DNA of 26,052 bases. Source: a virus (Duplodnaviria > Caudoviricetes). Shown here in pieces: positions 17,953-25,662 of the stretch; within the stretch, counting starts at the first letter, position 1; each line of letters opens with the position of its first letter. The notes beneath the pieces are model-generated. The model was not told where the DNA came from, ran no database searches, and worked only from the letters and a program-made list of their open reading frames with translations. The stretch lies in IMG/VR virus record IMGVR_UViG_3300030330_005228, positions 1 through 26,052 of that record. One strand, written 5' to 3'. Both the position numbers and the translations under genes were made by a program.

Positions 17953-17962
17953 ATCTACTCCC

Positions 17963-18199
17963 TTAGTTGCTTAAAATTTGTTTGATTTGCTGCATCAGAA
18001 TTTGGCTCATCTGTGAAATTGCAGCAGAACTGTCTAGGTCTTGTGGTACTTTGCCGCTACCACAGTTTGCCATAATTGCGTTTTTAGCCACGGTTCGAAA
18101 TGCGCGTTCCACTTTTTCCTTGATATCTTCTAGTTTCATATCAACGTCGCCCATTTCTTCTCTAATCATTCTTTTTAATTCTTCGCTAGTTAATTTCAT
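17963..18199 (-). CDS. Small protein with MKLTSEELKRMIREE leader (78 aa)
   Basis: GAGG RBS; leader shared with neighbouring genes. Confidence 0.75.
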   Translation of the reverse strand: MKLTSEELKRMIREEMGDVDMKLEDIKEKVERAFRTVAKNAIMANCGSGKVPQDLDSSAAISQMSQILMQQIKQILSN

Positions 18200-18479
18200 T
18201 GTTGTTTTCCTCTAATTGTTTATTGTGCATAACACTAGAGCCAGCCTGCTTATGGCACTCTGGGTATTTGTCTAGAACTTTTTGGTACATTGCGATACGC
18301 TGTTCAGCTGGTATAACAACAGTGCTGTTGTTTATTTTATCAGCAACTTGCTTCAACGCAGACATATATGCTTTTTTATCACAGCCAGCCGTTTTTTCAT
18401 CAGCCATGGCAACACCACCAACCATCTCATCAAGCTGTTCTTTGATAAGTTCTTTTAGTTTTTCTTTAGTTAGCTTCAT
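18186..18479 (-). CDS. Small protein with MKLTKEKLKELIKEQ leader (97 aa)
   Basis: AGGAG RBS supports ATG 18479. The first 14 aa are identical to the 19507-19731 protein. Confidence 0.75.
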   Translation of the reverse strand: MKLTKEKLKELIKEQLDEMVGGVAMADEKTAGCDKKAYMSALKQVADKINNSTVVIPAEQRIAMYQKVLDKYPECHKQAGSSVMHNKQLEENNNEIN

Positions 18480-18780
18480 CTTTATTTCTCCTAATTCCAA
18501 AATCATCAACAATCATTGACAGAAAATAACTTGTGCCTGCTGAGATGCAGCCACAAATAAATGCATTGATAAATGAATATTCAAATGTAAATAGTTCCGT
18601 GAAACCATTTATCGCCCACATAAATACACCAACCCAGAAGCCCATGCACAAAGGACAGTGGAACAGTGTGTTCCATTTTTTTGTGTAATCTTTCTCTGGT
18701 CTTACGTCTTCGAAGATTTTTCCGTGAACAAGAATAAAAGTCATTCCGTAACATGCGAGAATAAAATATAGTAAATCCAT
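18466..18780 (-). CDS. Small membrane protein with CPLCMGFW motif, DUF1360-like (104 aa)
   Basis: Three hydrophobic segments; LFHCPLCMGFWVG matches the L..CP.C.G.W signature recalled for DUF1360. Confidence 0.7.
   Translation of the reverse strand: MDLLYFILACYGMTFILVHGKIFEDVRPEKDYTKKWNTLFHCPLCMGFWVGVFMWAINGFTELFTFEYSFINAFICGCISAGTSYFLSMIVDDFGIRRNKDEAN
18588..18595 (-). promoter_or_regulatory. Possible intragenic late promoter ACTATTTA
   Basis: Exact motif within a 15-bp match (18581-18595) to the scaffold promoter region (7534-7548). Confidence 0.35.
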
Positions 18781-18789
18781 TATTACCCC

Positions 18790-19500
18790 TTAAGAAATAC
18801 TAGAACTGTAAATTTGTCCAAATCTTTTTATAGCCATACGCAAGAGTTTATCTTCTACGGCACCTCTATCCATAAAATCATTTTGATAATGTTGCTTGGC
18901 ATAATTATTAAAAAGCTGCTTGCCAATAGAATTATTATTTTTTTCTAAAGAGTGATCGGTTGCGTTTTTATCGCCAAGATCCATGTCAGCTCTACAATCA
19001 TCCATCTTATCATCGGGAGTTTTATTACCATCGTAATCAAATTCATCATTTCCCATGGGCGTTTTTCTTTTCGAATATTCGGCAGATTTTTCCATTTTTT
19101 TCCATGAACTTTGAGCAGCCGGTAATGTCCCTGAATATTTATCTGATGTCAGCCCTGCGCCATCGGGAATTACAGCATAAGCTAAAGAGTAAAGAAGCTT
19201 TCCAAAGCCTTGACCTTGTAGTTCTGGTTCTACGTAAATTGCTGCGACTTGATAGGTTTGCGGGATACAACTGAATCTTTCATCTCCATCGTCGGATAAC
19301 AAGTCAATAGAAGCGTATCCAATTATGTAAAAATCATCAACGTACTTTTCTTTTCTATACAAAATGAGACCATAGTTCTCATCACCTTCTTGATACATGT
19401 AAAGAGAAATTTTTTTCTCCAACCTTTCATCTGTGTAGGGCACAGAAGGAGCTGTTTCTTTAATTAAAAATTTGCGCCATTCATTTAAAATTTTCTTCAT
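18790..19500 (-). CDS. GNAT-family acetyltransferase with MKKILNEWRKFL leader (236 aa)
   Basis: Acetyl-CoA-binding motif A: VAAIYVEPELQGQGFGKLLY (Q-x-x-G-x-G), preceded by an IIGYASI strand and followed by an AAQSSWKKM helix. Confidence 0.8.
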   Translation of the reverse strand: MKKILNEWRKFLIKETAPSVPYTDERLEKKISLYMYQEGDENYGLILYRKEKYVDDFYIIGYASIDLLSDDGDERFSCIPQTYQVAAIYVEPELQGQGFGKLLYSLAYAVIPDGAGLTSDKYSGTLPAAQSSWKKMEKSAEYSKRKTPMGNDEFDYDGNKTPDDKMDDCRADMDLGDKNATDHSLEKNNNSIGKQLFNNYAKQHYQNDFMDRGAVEDKLLRMAIKRFGQIYSSSIS

Positions 19501-19506
19501 TTTTTT

Positions 19507-19731
19507 CTACTTCATATTCTGCAGGAACTGCACAAACAACCCTTTTAGCATATCTGGGCTCATCCCGGCTTCCTCAGCTGCTTTTTTAATTTTTTCAAAA
19601 GAAGCGTTTGCCTCTTGTTCAATTGCAACTTGAGCGTTGTCAATCATTGCATTTGTATCTTCTTCTTCTGCAATCATTGTCTCAAGTTCTTCTTTTATTA
19701 ATTCTTTTAGTTTTTCTTTTGTAAGTTTCAT
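19507..19731 (-). CDS. Small acidic helical protein with MKLTKEKLKELIKEE leader (74 aa)
   Basis: GGAGG upstream, TAATG overlap with the previous gene. Confidence 0.75.
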   Translation of the reverse strand: MKLTKEKLKELIKEELETMIAEEEDTNAMIDNAQVAIEQEANASFEKIKKAAEEAGMSPDMLKGLFVQFLQNMK

Positions 19732-20372
19732 TAGTAAGTATACCTCCCGTAAAGATAAGGAGCAAAAAGGTTCTTTTGAAGGATCGATCCCTTTTCTTCC
19801 TCGTGTGGCACTTCGCCCAACTCTGTTGCTTTATCATCATCCGGATTAACTAGTTGATCATCCATTATCTGGTCGTGATCCTCTAGTTGATCTAGCATCG
19901 GCTTCTCTTCTTTGAACCATTCTGCAATATTTAAAAGAGCAGATTTAACAGAATCATATTTCTTTGAATCGAGAATTTTTGCTTCCATGGAACCATAGAT
20001 GTTGCCGCCCTGAATTGAATCGTAAGCAACAATACCTTTCTTTCTTAAGAACTCAAACAGGCGAGATTCTGCGCCATAAACATTATCTGTTAGCATATCT
20101 TTTGCAAAAGCAACAATTTTTTTCTTTTCCTGCATCAGAACAATATCGATATCTTTGTGATCATAAATCATAAGATCACCGTTTAAGTTTTCCCTTGCGT
20201 TTAATTCAAATACATAAGGAACCACATTGCTTTGCACAATCTTGATACCAACTGTTGGTCTAACATCAATTGATACATCTTGCTGGACTCCAACTCCAAT
20301 TTTTCCCGCTGTTGCTTCTTCGGGCGTTACAACATCAACACCTGTTGGTTTAATTACATTTACACGGATCAT
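19731..20372 (-). CDS. Hypothetical protein (213 aa)
   Basis: GGAGG RBS, abuts both neighbours. Confidence 0.75.
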   Translation of the reverse strand: MIRVNVIKPTGVDVVTPEEATAGKIGVGVQQDVSIDVRPTVGIKIVQSNVVPYVFELNARENLNGDLMIYDHKDIDIVLMQEKKKIVAFAKDMLTDNVYGAESRLFEFLRKKGIVAYDSIQGGNIYGSMEAKILDSKKYDSVKSALLNIAEWFKEEKPMLDQLEDHDQIMDDQLVNPDDDKATELGEVPHEEEKGSILQKNLFAPYLYGRYTY

Positions 20373-21185
20373 CTACAATTCCTCCATAAGATCTTGAATA
20401 AAAAACAATTTTTTTATCATTTTCTCAGTAAGAGGAGACTTCTTAAAATCTTCTAGAATATCACCAACTTTTTGTAACTTTTTTGACTTTTCTTCTCCAA
20501 GTAAGCCTTTCCCCTTTGAAAGCTTTTCTGCAACTTGCAGCTTTAAAACTTCTAGCTCTTCATTAATAAATGACTTAAGTCCGAGGCCATTGTCAGAGAA
20601 GGAAGTGATATAATTCGTAAGCAGCTTTTTTTGGTTTTCTTTTAGTGAATTTTTATAAGTATCGTTAAATTTTTCAACAAATGTTTTGTAGGTTAAATTG
20701 TCAATATGCTTCATTTCTTGTTGTCTATTGTTCGATGGAACAAGGAGAGCTTTAACTTTAGTTTCTGTTATCAGGCGAGACTTTGCATTTGAAGAAGTAT
20801 CTTGAAACCAAGAGCCAACTGTGGCAATGTCTTTGTAATTGGGAACAAAGTTTTTAAACACATCAGAGCCAAGTTGTTGATTGATTTGTGTTATTATTTT
20901 TGTTTGCGCATTAAAAACAGACTTTCGATTAAGAGAAGAATAGTCCTTCTTTGTTTCTGTTAAAAAACGCTCTGTGAAGTCTTTTGTCATTTTATCTTTA
21001 TTTTCTAAGATTGACTTGTAGAGATTAAGCTCCTTTCTTAGCGGTGCGCCGTTTTTAAAGTTTTCTTTTATTATTGCTAAAACCTTTAGTTTTCTTTTAT
21101 CCTGTTGTCTTACGATTGTCTTTGTTAATTCTTTCACAAGAGATTCGTAAAGAAAAGCGGTATTTCTTTTCTTATTATGTTTCAT
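20373..21185 (-). CDS. Hypothetical helical protein downstream of portal, possible prohead core component (270 aa)
   Basis: Overlaps the portal end; Lys/Leu/Glu-rich. Position matches the T4 prohead-core genes between portal and protease (positional inference only). Confidence 0.7.
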   Translation of the reverse strand: MKHNKKRNTAFLYESLVKELTKTIVRQQDKRKLKVLAIIKENFKNGAPLRKELNLYKSILENKDKMTKDFTERFLTETKKDYSSLNRKSVFNAQTKIITQINQQLGSDVFKNFVPNYKDIATVGSWFQDTSSNAKSRLITETKVKALLVPSNNRQQEMKHIDNLTYKTFVEKFNDTYKNSLKENQKKLLTNYITSFSDNGLGLKSFINEELEVLKLQVAEKLSKGKGLLGEEKSKKLQKVGDILEDFKKSPLTEKMIKKLFFIQDLMEEL

Positions 21186-23142
21186 CTTCTTTTACCTTTT
21201 TTAATAAACTTTCAATCAAGGTGTCAACTTGTTTTGATGTTTTAAATAGTTTTTCTTCTTCCGTTTCTTTACCCTCGGTAATTCCACGAGCAAGAGAATC
21301 TAGTCCACCAAACCCTGATTTTCCTTGGAATGTAGTTCTATATGTGTTTCCATATTCTCCGGTGGCTTGGTTTTTGTAGTGCTTCTTCCTTCCGCCCTTT
21401 GAATATGAAGTTTGATGACGCTTGTATTTGCCACGCTTGTATGTTGGCTTGTCATCTCGTTTAGCGGGTGGTTCAGCCAAGAGGATATCATCTTTTTCAT
21501 CACCCCCTTCGGCACCAGGGCTCTCGTCCCCAGCAGCCTCACCTCCGGCATCACCACCTAAATCTAAATCCCCACCAGCATCGCCGCCAAGGTCTCCAAG
21601 GCCACCACCAGTATCATCACCACCAAGATCCCCAAGGCCACCACCAGTATCGCCACCAGTATCAGCACCACCTCCGGCTGGAGCCTGCGCTGCTGCCTCA
21701 AGACTGGCTCCAAACTTTTTGTCAAAGAACATTTCTCTTTGCATTCTAACAAACTCTTCGTCTGAAAGTCCAAATAAATTCTCGGCAACCCAGCGCTTAG
21801 AGAAATACCCTTCGGTTGCATTTCCAGCGACTGAGAATTTTTTATCCCAATGTTCAAGCTCTTGCAGCTCAGCAATCTTTGATGGGTTATTTAATTGGAG
21901 TTTAAACCCAAGAAGGTCATCATTGCGAAAGCCCATGGTGAATAGGTGAATGATGCCAATCTTCTCAAGCTCAGCAATAACAACTCGTTGCAATCTTTGG
22001 ATTGTTCTTGCAAATCTAATATCTTTCTGTGCGAGAGTTGTTTTATCTTCTTGTGCGCCCTCTCCCATTGTAAGATAGGATTGCGGAACTTTTAGTGCGG
22101 AGAACAACTTATCCCTCAGATACTTAACATCTTCAATTGTCGCTGTCATTGCTCCACCCGGCAAATTGGTTATCTCTGTGTTTGAAGTACCTCGGACGGG
22201 AATGTAATAATCTTCTTCAATTGAAAGAGGGTTGTATCTCAAATCAAGCCTGCCTGTTTTCGGATCAGTAACTTGATGGCGCTTCATTTGAGTCATGACC
22301 TTTTGCATATATTGTTCAACATCTTGTGGGGGAATGTTGCCAACATCAATTTTAAAAACTCGTCTTTCGGGTGCGCGGACGATTCGGTATGCCATCATAG
22401 CGTCTTCAAGGAGAGTAAGTTGTCTCCAAATTCTTCTTGCCGGCTCCAACACAGATGTTCCATATGGAGCATGCTTATCATTGCCGAGTATGCGGAAGTG
22501 TGCCATCTGCCAGTTTTCTAAAGTCATACCAGCAGAGTTCCATTGATATTGAACATAGTTTGGATTAGTTTCATCTTCTCCCTCTAGGCGCTCAATTTCT
22601 TGTGGAGGGAGACCGATGCAAGCACGAACACCAATTGCTTCTTCAATATCCAAATAAAGAAAAAGGTCGCCGTATTTGCACATTGTTCTGCACCATCCGA
22701 ACAGGTTATGCTCAACGTTTAGAACGTTATGATAAAGATTATCTAAAATTGTTTTTATCTCATCGTTTGGGCATTTAATTCTTAGCATAGCCTGCAGGGA
22801 TGAATGAGTTGTCATTTCATCTGCGTAAATATCTAAAGAGGAGGCACATTCTGGTGTGTATTCCATTTGATCAAAATCAACATACCGCTCTGCCCTGTTT
22901 CTATTAGAGATCATGTTGACCGTCATAATATTCATAGGGTTGTATTCTTGTTTTTTAAATTGCTTACCAGAAGCAGAAGTGAAACGAGAAGCATAAGCAT
23001 CTAGGTGGCGCCTTCTCAAAGCACGACCCTGTTGTGTTCTTCTTTGTGTTATTGGTCCAGAAAATAATCTTGTTAGAGAGCGAAAAAGACTATTCTCCGG
23101 ATTGTATGGGTTGCGCCCCAGATTCTTCTTTTTATTAGCCAT
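21175..23142 (-). CDS. gp20: Portal protein, T4 gp20 family (655 aa)
   Basis: PYGTSVLEPARRIWRQLTLLEDAMMAYRIVRAPERRVFKIDVGNIP, EEDYYIPVRG..TEITNLPG, DVKYLRDKLFSALKVP, DIRFARTIQRLQ are gp20 hallmarks. Confidence 0.96.
   Translation of the reverse strand: MANKKKNLGRNPYNPENSLFRSLTRLFSGPITQRRTQQGRALRRRHLDAYASRFTSASGKQFKKQEYNPMNIMTVNMISNRNRAERYVDFDQMEYTPECASSLDIYADEMTTHSSLQAMLRIKCPNDEIKTILDNLYHNVLNVEHNLFGWCRTMCKYGDLFLYLDIEEAIGVRACIGLPPQEIERLEGEDETNPNYVQYQWNSAGMTLENWQMAHFRILGNDKHAPYGTSVLEPARRIWRQLTLLEDAMMAYRIVRAPERRVFKIDVGNIPPQDVEQYMQKVMTQMKRHQVTDPKTGRLDLRYNPLSIEEDYYIPVRGTSNTEITNLPGGAMTATIEDVKYLRDKLFSALKVPQSYLTMGEGAQEDKTTLAQKDIRFARTIQRLQRVVIAELEKIGIIHLFTMGFRNDDLLGFKLQLNNPSKIAELQELEHWDKKFSVAGNATEGYFSKRWVAENLFGLSDEEFVRMQREMFFDKKFGASLEAAAQAPAGGGADTGGDTGGGLGDLGGDDTGGGLGDLGGDAGGDLDLGGDAGGEAAGDESPGAEGGDEKDDILLAEPPAKRDDKPTYKRGKYKRHQTSYSKGGRKKHYKNQATGEYGNTYRTTFQGKSGFGGLDSLARGITEGKETEEEKLFKTSKQVDTLIESLLKKVKEDET
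21540..21675 (-). repeat. Imperfect tandem repeats encoding the Gly/Asp tail of the portal
   Basis: Encodes GGADTGGDTGGGLGDLGGDDTGGGLGDLGGDAGGDLDLGGDAGG; ccaaggccaccaccagtatc occurs twice on the + strand. Confidence 0.8.
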
Positions 23143-23145
23143 TTA

Positions 23146-24729
23146 CTATCCTTTGAAAATCCATGCAAAATTTCTTGCATGACTTAATTCTTTACTATAT
23201 TTAGTTTCAAAGTCTTGATTAAACCCATCTTGCCCTTTTATCGTTGTATTCAAAATATTCTTCTTCATGTACATACCATCAATCATTGCTCTACGATACT
23301 CCATATCTTTTTGTGAAACCTCAAGTGCTGTGTCTCTTACCCAGCACATTATTGCTAAGCACATAACAATATCATCGTGATAAGATCTCATCGCCTCGGG
23401 TTTGCCATTGTTCCAAATAAAGGTTCTAAATTCATCAAAAGCTCTCGCTGATGGAATTTTAACAATTCTATTTCGTATAAACTCTTCGAGCTTTGCAACT
23501 ATCAGTGGTCTCGTCTTTGTAGATGTTGTGAAGCCTCCAATCGCATTGTTCATGAATTCACCTTGAGCAGACTCCACAAACTCATGAGTGCCCTTAACAG
23601 AATAATATAGATTTTCATATCCCATATCCTTAAGTTTCTCAAACACTGAAATACCAATTCCATTATTCTCAACAACAAGAAGGCACTTACCATATTCCAT
23701 TCCTGCTGAGTAAAGCATTTGAGAATACATGTCCAAGGAAGGCTTCCCTTGGTACTCAGCAACAATTTCCATTTTTGCTACATCAAGCACATGAAAAACA
23801 GAGTTGTCAGCGCCATCCCCTCTAGCAACATCGGCAACAAGGAGATAATGACCTCCCTCTTGGTATTTTTCCCATATCCAAAAATTTCTATCATATCCTG
23901 TCCTGTATTGTGGTTCTTTAATTTGTTCTTGCAGCCAAGCAATATCATCTGGGTGAATAACTGTGTCACCTGATGTATTGAAGTTGCATTCTAGTTCTTG
24001 GGCAATTTGGCGTCGAGACATGTTTTTTGTCTCTTTCATAAACCATTCTCGATCTCTCTCGGGGTGAACGTCCCATGGGAGATTAACCGGCTTAAAGTCT
24101 GATTCTCCATTGTCTGCTGCGATGTAAGTCTTGTGAAACCAGTTACCTACACCATTTGGAGTTGAGAGTGCAATGCACCGACCACCCGTTGATAGTGTGG
24201 GATATAAACCAGTCCATAGATCATCAAGTCCGTCAATATGAGCAGCCTCATCGATAACAAGAAGAGATAGGGCTTCTGAACGACCAGCATCGCCAGAAGT
24301 TGATGCTGCTTTGATTTGAGACCCGTTTGAGAGTTCAAATGATGTTCTATTATCAACTTTAATTTTTGCAACCCTCATCCATTCCGGGAGATACTGCATA
24401 ATGTTTTTAACTTTCTTTACGAGGTTGGCAGCAGTTTGAAATTTTGTTGCAATAACAAGAATGTTTTTATCTCTGTGGAACAACATGAACCAAACACAAT
24501 AGGCAGCGGATATCGTTGAGATCCCTAGCTGCCTTGCCTTTAAAATTACCGTAAATCGAAAATCGTTAAAATCATTTATCAAATCATCTTGATATGGGTA
24601 GGTTTTAAATGGGATAAGTCCGTGCATTGGATGAGATATTCGACAATAGTTGTTTATGAAGTATCGCGGATCTTTCCCGGATTTAACAATTTCCTTTACA
24701 ATTTCTTTCTTTGAAAGAGAGAAAGTCAT
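23146..24729 (-). CDS. terL: Terminase large subunit, T4 gp17-like (527 aa)
   Basis: YPYQ Q-motif, Walker A KARQLGIS, Walker B LLVIDEAAH, coupling motif STPNG, RNase H-like DVARGDGAD and HDDIVM. Confidence 0.97.
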   Translation of the reverse strand: MTFSLSKKEIVKEIVKSGKDPRYFINNYCRISHPMHGLIPFKTYPYQDDLINDFNDFRFTVILKARQLGISTISAAYCVWFMLFHRDKNILVIATKFQTAANLVKKVKNIMQYLPEWMRVAKIKVDNRTSFELSNGSQIKAASTSGDAGRSEALSLLVIDEAAHIDGLDDLWTGLYPTLSTGGRCIALSTPNGVGNWFHKTYIAADNGESDFKPVNLPWDVHPERDREWFMKETKNMSRRQIAQELECNFNTSGDTVIHPDDIAWLQEQIKEPQYRTGYDRNFWIWEKYQEGGHYLLVADVARGDGADNSVFHVLDVAKMEIVAEYQGKPSLDMYSQMLYSAGMEYGKCLLVVENNGIGISVFEKLKDMGYENLYYSVKGTHEFVESAQGEFMNNAIGGFTTSTKTRPLIVAKLEEFIRNRIVKIPSARAFDEFRTFIWNNGKPEAMRSYHDDIVMCLAIMCWVRDTALEVSQKDMEYRRAMIDGMYMKKNILNTTIKGQDGFNQDFETKYSKELSHARNFAWIFKG

Positions 24730-25292
24730 TATTTCTTCTCGTTGTCGCCCTTCTTAATATATTCATTGCTAGGACGCTTTGCTGCTTTAACTTGTTCTAA
24801 GAACTTTCGCGTGATTGCACGACTATCTTCTACGGCTGGGTCCATAATGGGCTCTTCTTTTACTTTACTAATTTTGTAATGTTGGTATGCCTGAACGAAG
24901 GAGCGGACGCGAGATGTTGATTGAACAAGAATTTTTGGCTCCCCACTAGAAGTAAGAGTGATTGAATTACCAGTTACCGCCTTGTATTCTTTTTGAAGAA
25001 ATTTTTTGATTTCATTTAATTGACGAACGATATCCCCTTCAAAGTCTTTTGATTGATGCACATCACGTAGTCTTATGTCTGATTGGTAGTTGATACAGAT
25101 TTTATTGCTGTAAAATTTTACTGAAAATCCGTCATTTACACGACTGTCCATGATAGGACACCCTTCTTCTCTTTTAAGTCCAACTTTGCGAACCTGCCCG
25201 TCCAAAGTAAATCTTTCATCATGTCCGCCATCATAAACATTTGCGGCCGCTTGTGACAGTCCTTGAATAATTTCTAATGTTGTTTCAGCCAT
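24729..25292 (-). CDS. Hypothetical protein upstream of terL (187 aa)
   Basis: GGAG RBS supports ATG 25292 (MAETT); TAATG overlap with terL. Confidence 0.75.
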   Translation of the reverse strand: MAETTLEIIQGLSQAAANVYDGGHDERFTLDGQVRKVGLKREEGCPIMDSRVNDGFSVKFYSNKICINYQSDIRLRDVHQSKDFEGDIVRQLNEIKKFLQKEYKAVTGNSITLTSSGEPKILVQSTSRVRSFVQAYQHYKISKVKEEPIMDPAVEDSRAITRKFLEQVKAAKRPSNEYIKKGDNEKK

Positions 25293-25662
25293 TTTTAGGT
25301 CTCCATCCTTTTTTCCAGCGCTCTTCACGGCCCTCTACATATTGGATGTAACATTTTTCACAACAATCAAATTTGGACATATAGACATCATCATTTGATT
25401 TAAACGAATAAACATTGCAAACAGGACAAGAACGTTTAGAATTCTTTGTAATTAGTTTGTTTGGGATAAAAACTCCGTTTATTTCTTGCTCTTCATCCAT
25501 CGCAATTTCTTCATGTCTGTAGAAGCCCTTAAGATCTTTAAGGTATTCTTTTTCTTTTTCATCATTCCATCCTTTTTTTGGATGTTGTATTGTTTCTTCG
25601 CCATACTTTTCTGTTATGGCTTTTTCAACCTTTACGGCGTAATTTGGATCTTTACTTTTCAT
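25285..25662 (-). CDS. Zn-finger-like protein, CxxC...CCxxC (125 aa)
   Basis: Start reassigned to ATG 25662 (MKSKDP) to avoid a long overlap with the upstream gene. Motif CPVC-x17-CCEKC. Confidence 0.7.
   Translation of the reverse strand: MKSKDPNYAVKVEKAITEKYGEETIQHPKKGWNDEKEKEYLKDLKGFYRHEEIAMDEEQEINGVFIPNKLITKNSKRSCPVCNVYSFKSNDDVYMSKFDCCEKCYIQYVEGREERWKKGWRPKNG

Noticed and set aside
21540-21675. Repeats as a CRISPR array
   Set aside because: They are imperfect, in-frame coding repeats with no unique spacers and no cas genes.
21175-24729. Intron, intein or homing endonuclease in terL or portal
   Set aside because: The ORFs are continuous and of expected core size, with no splicing or LAGLIDADG/HNH motifs seen.
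25449-25456. ACTAATTA inside the Zn-finger-like gene as a promoter
   Set aside because: Intragenic, far from a start, and expected by chance in AT-rich DNA; no supporting context.
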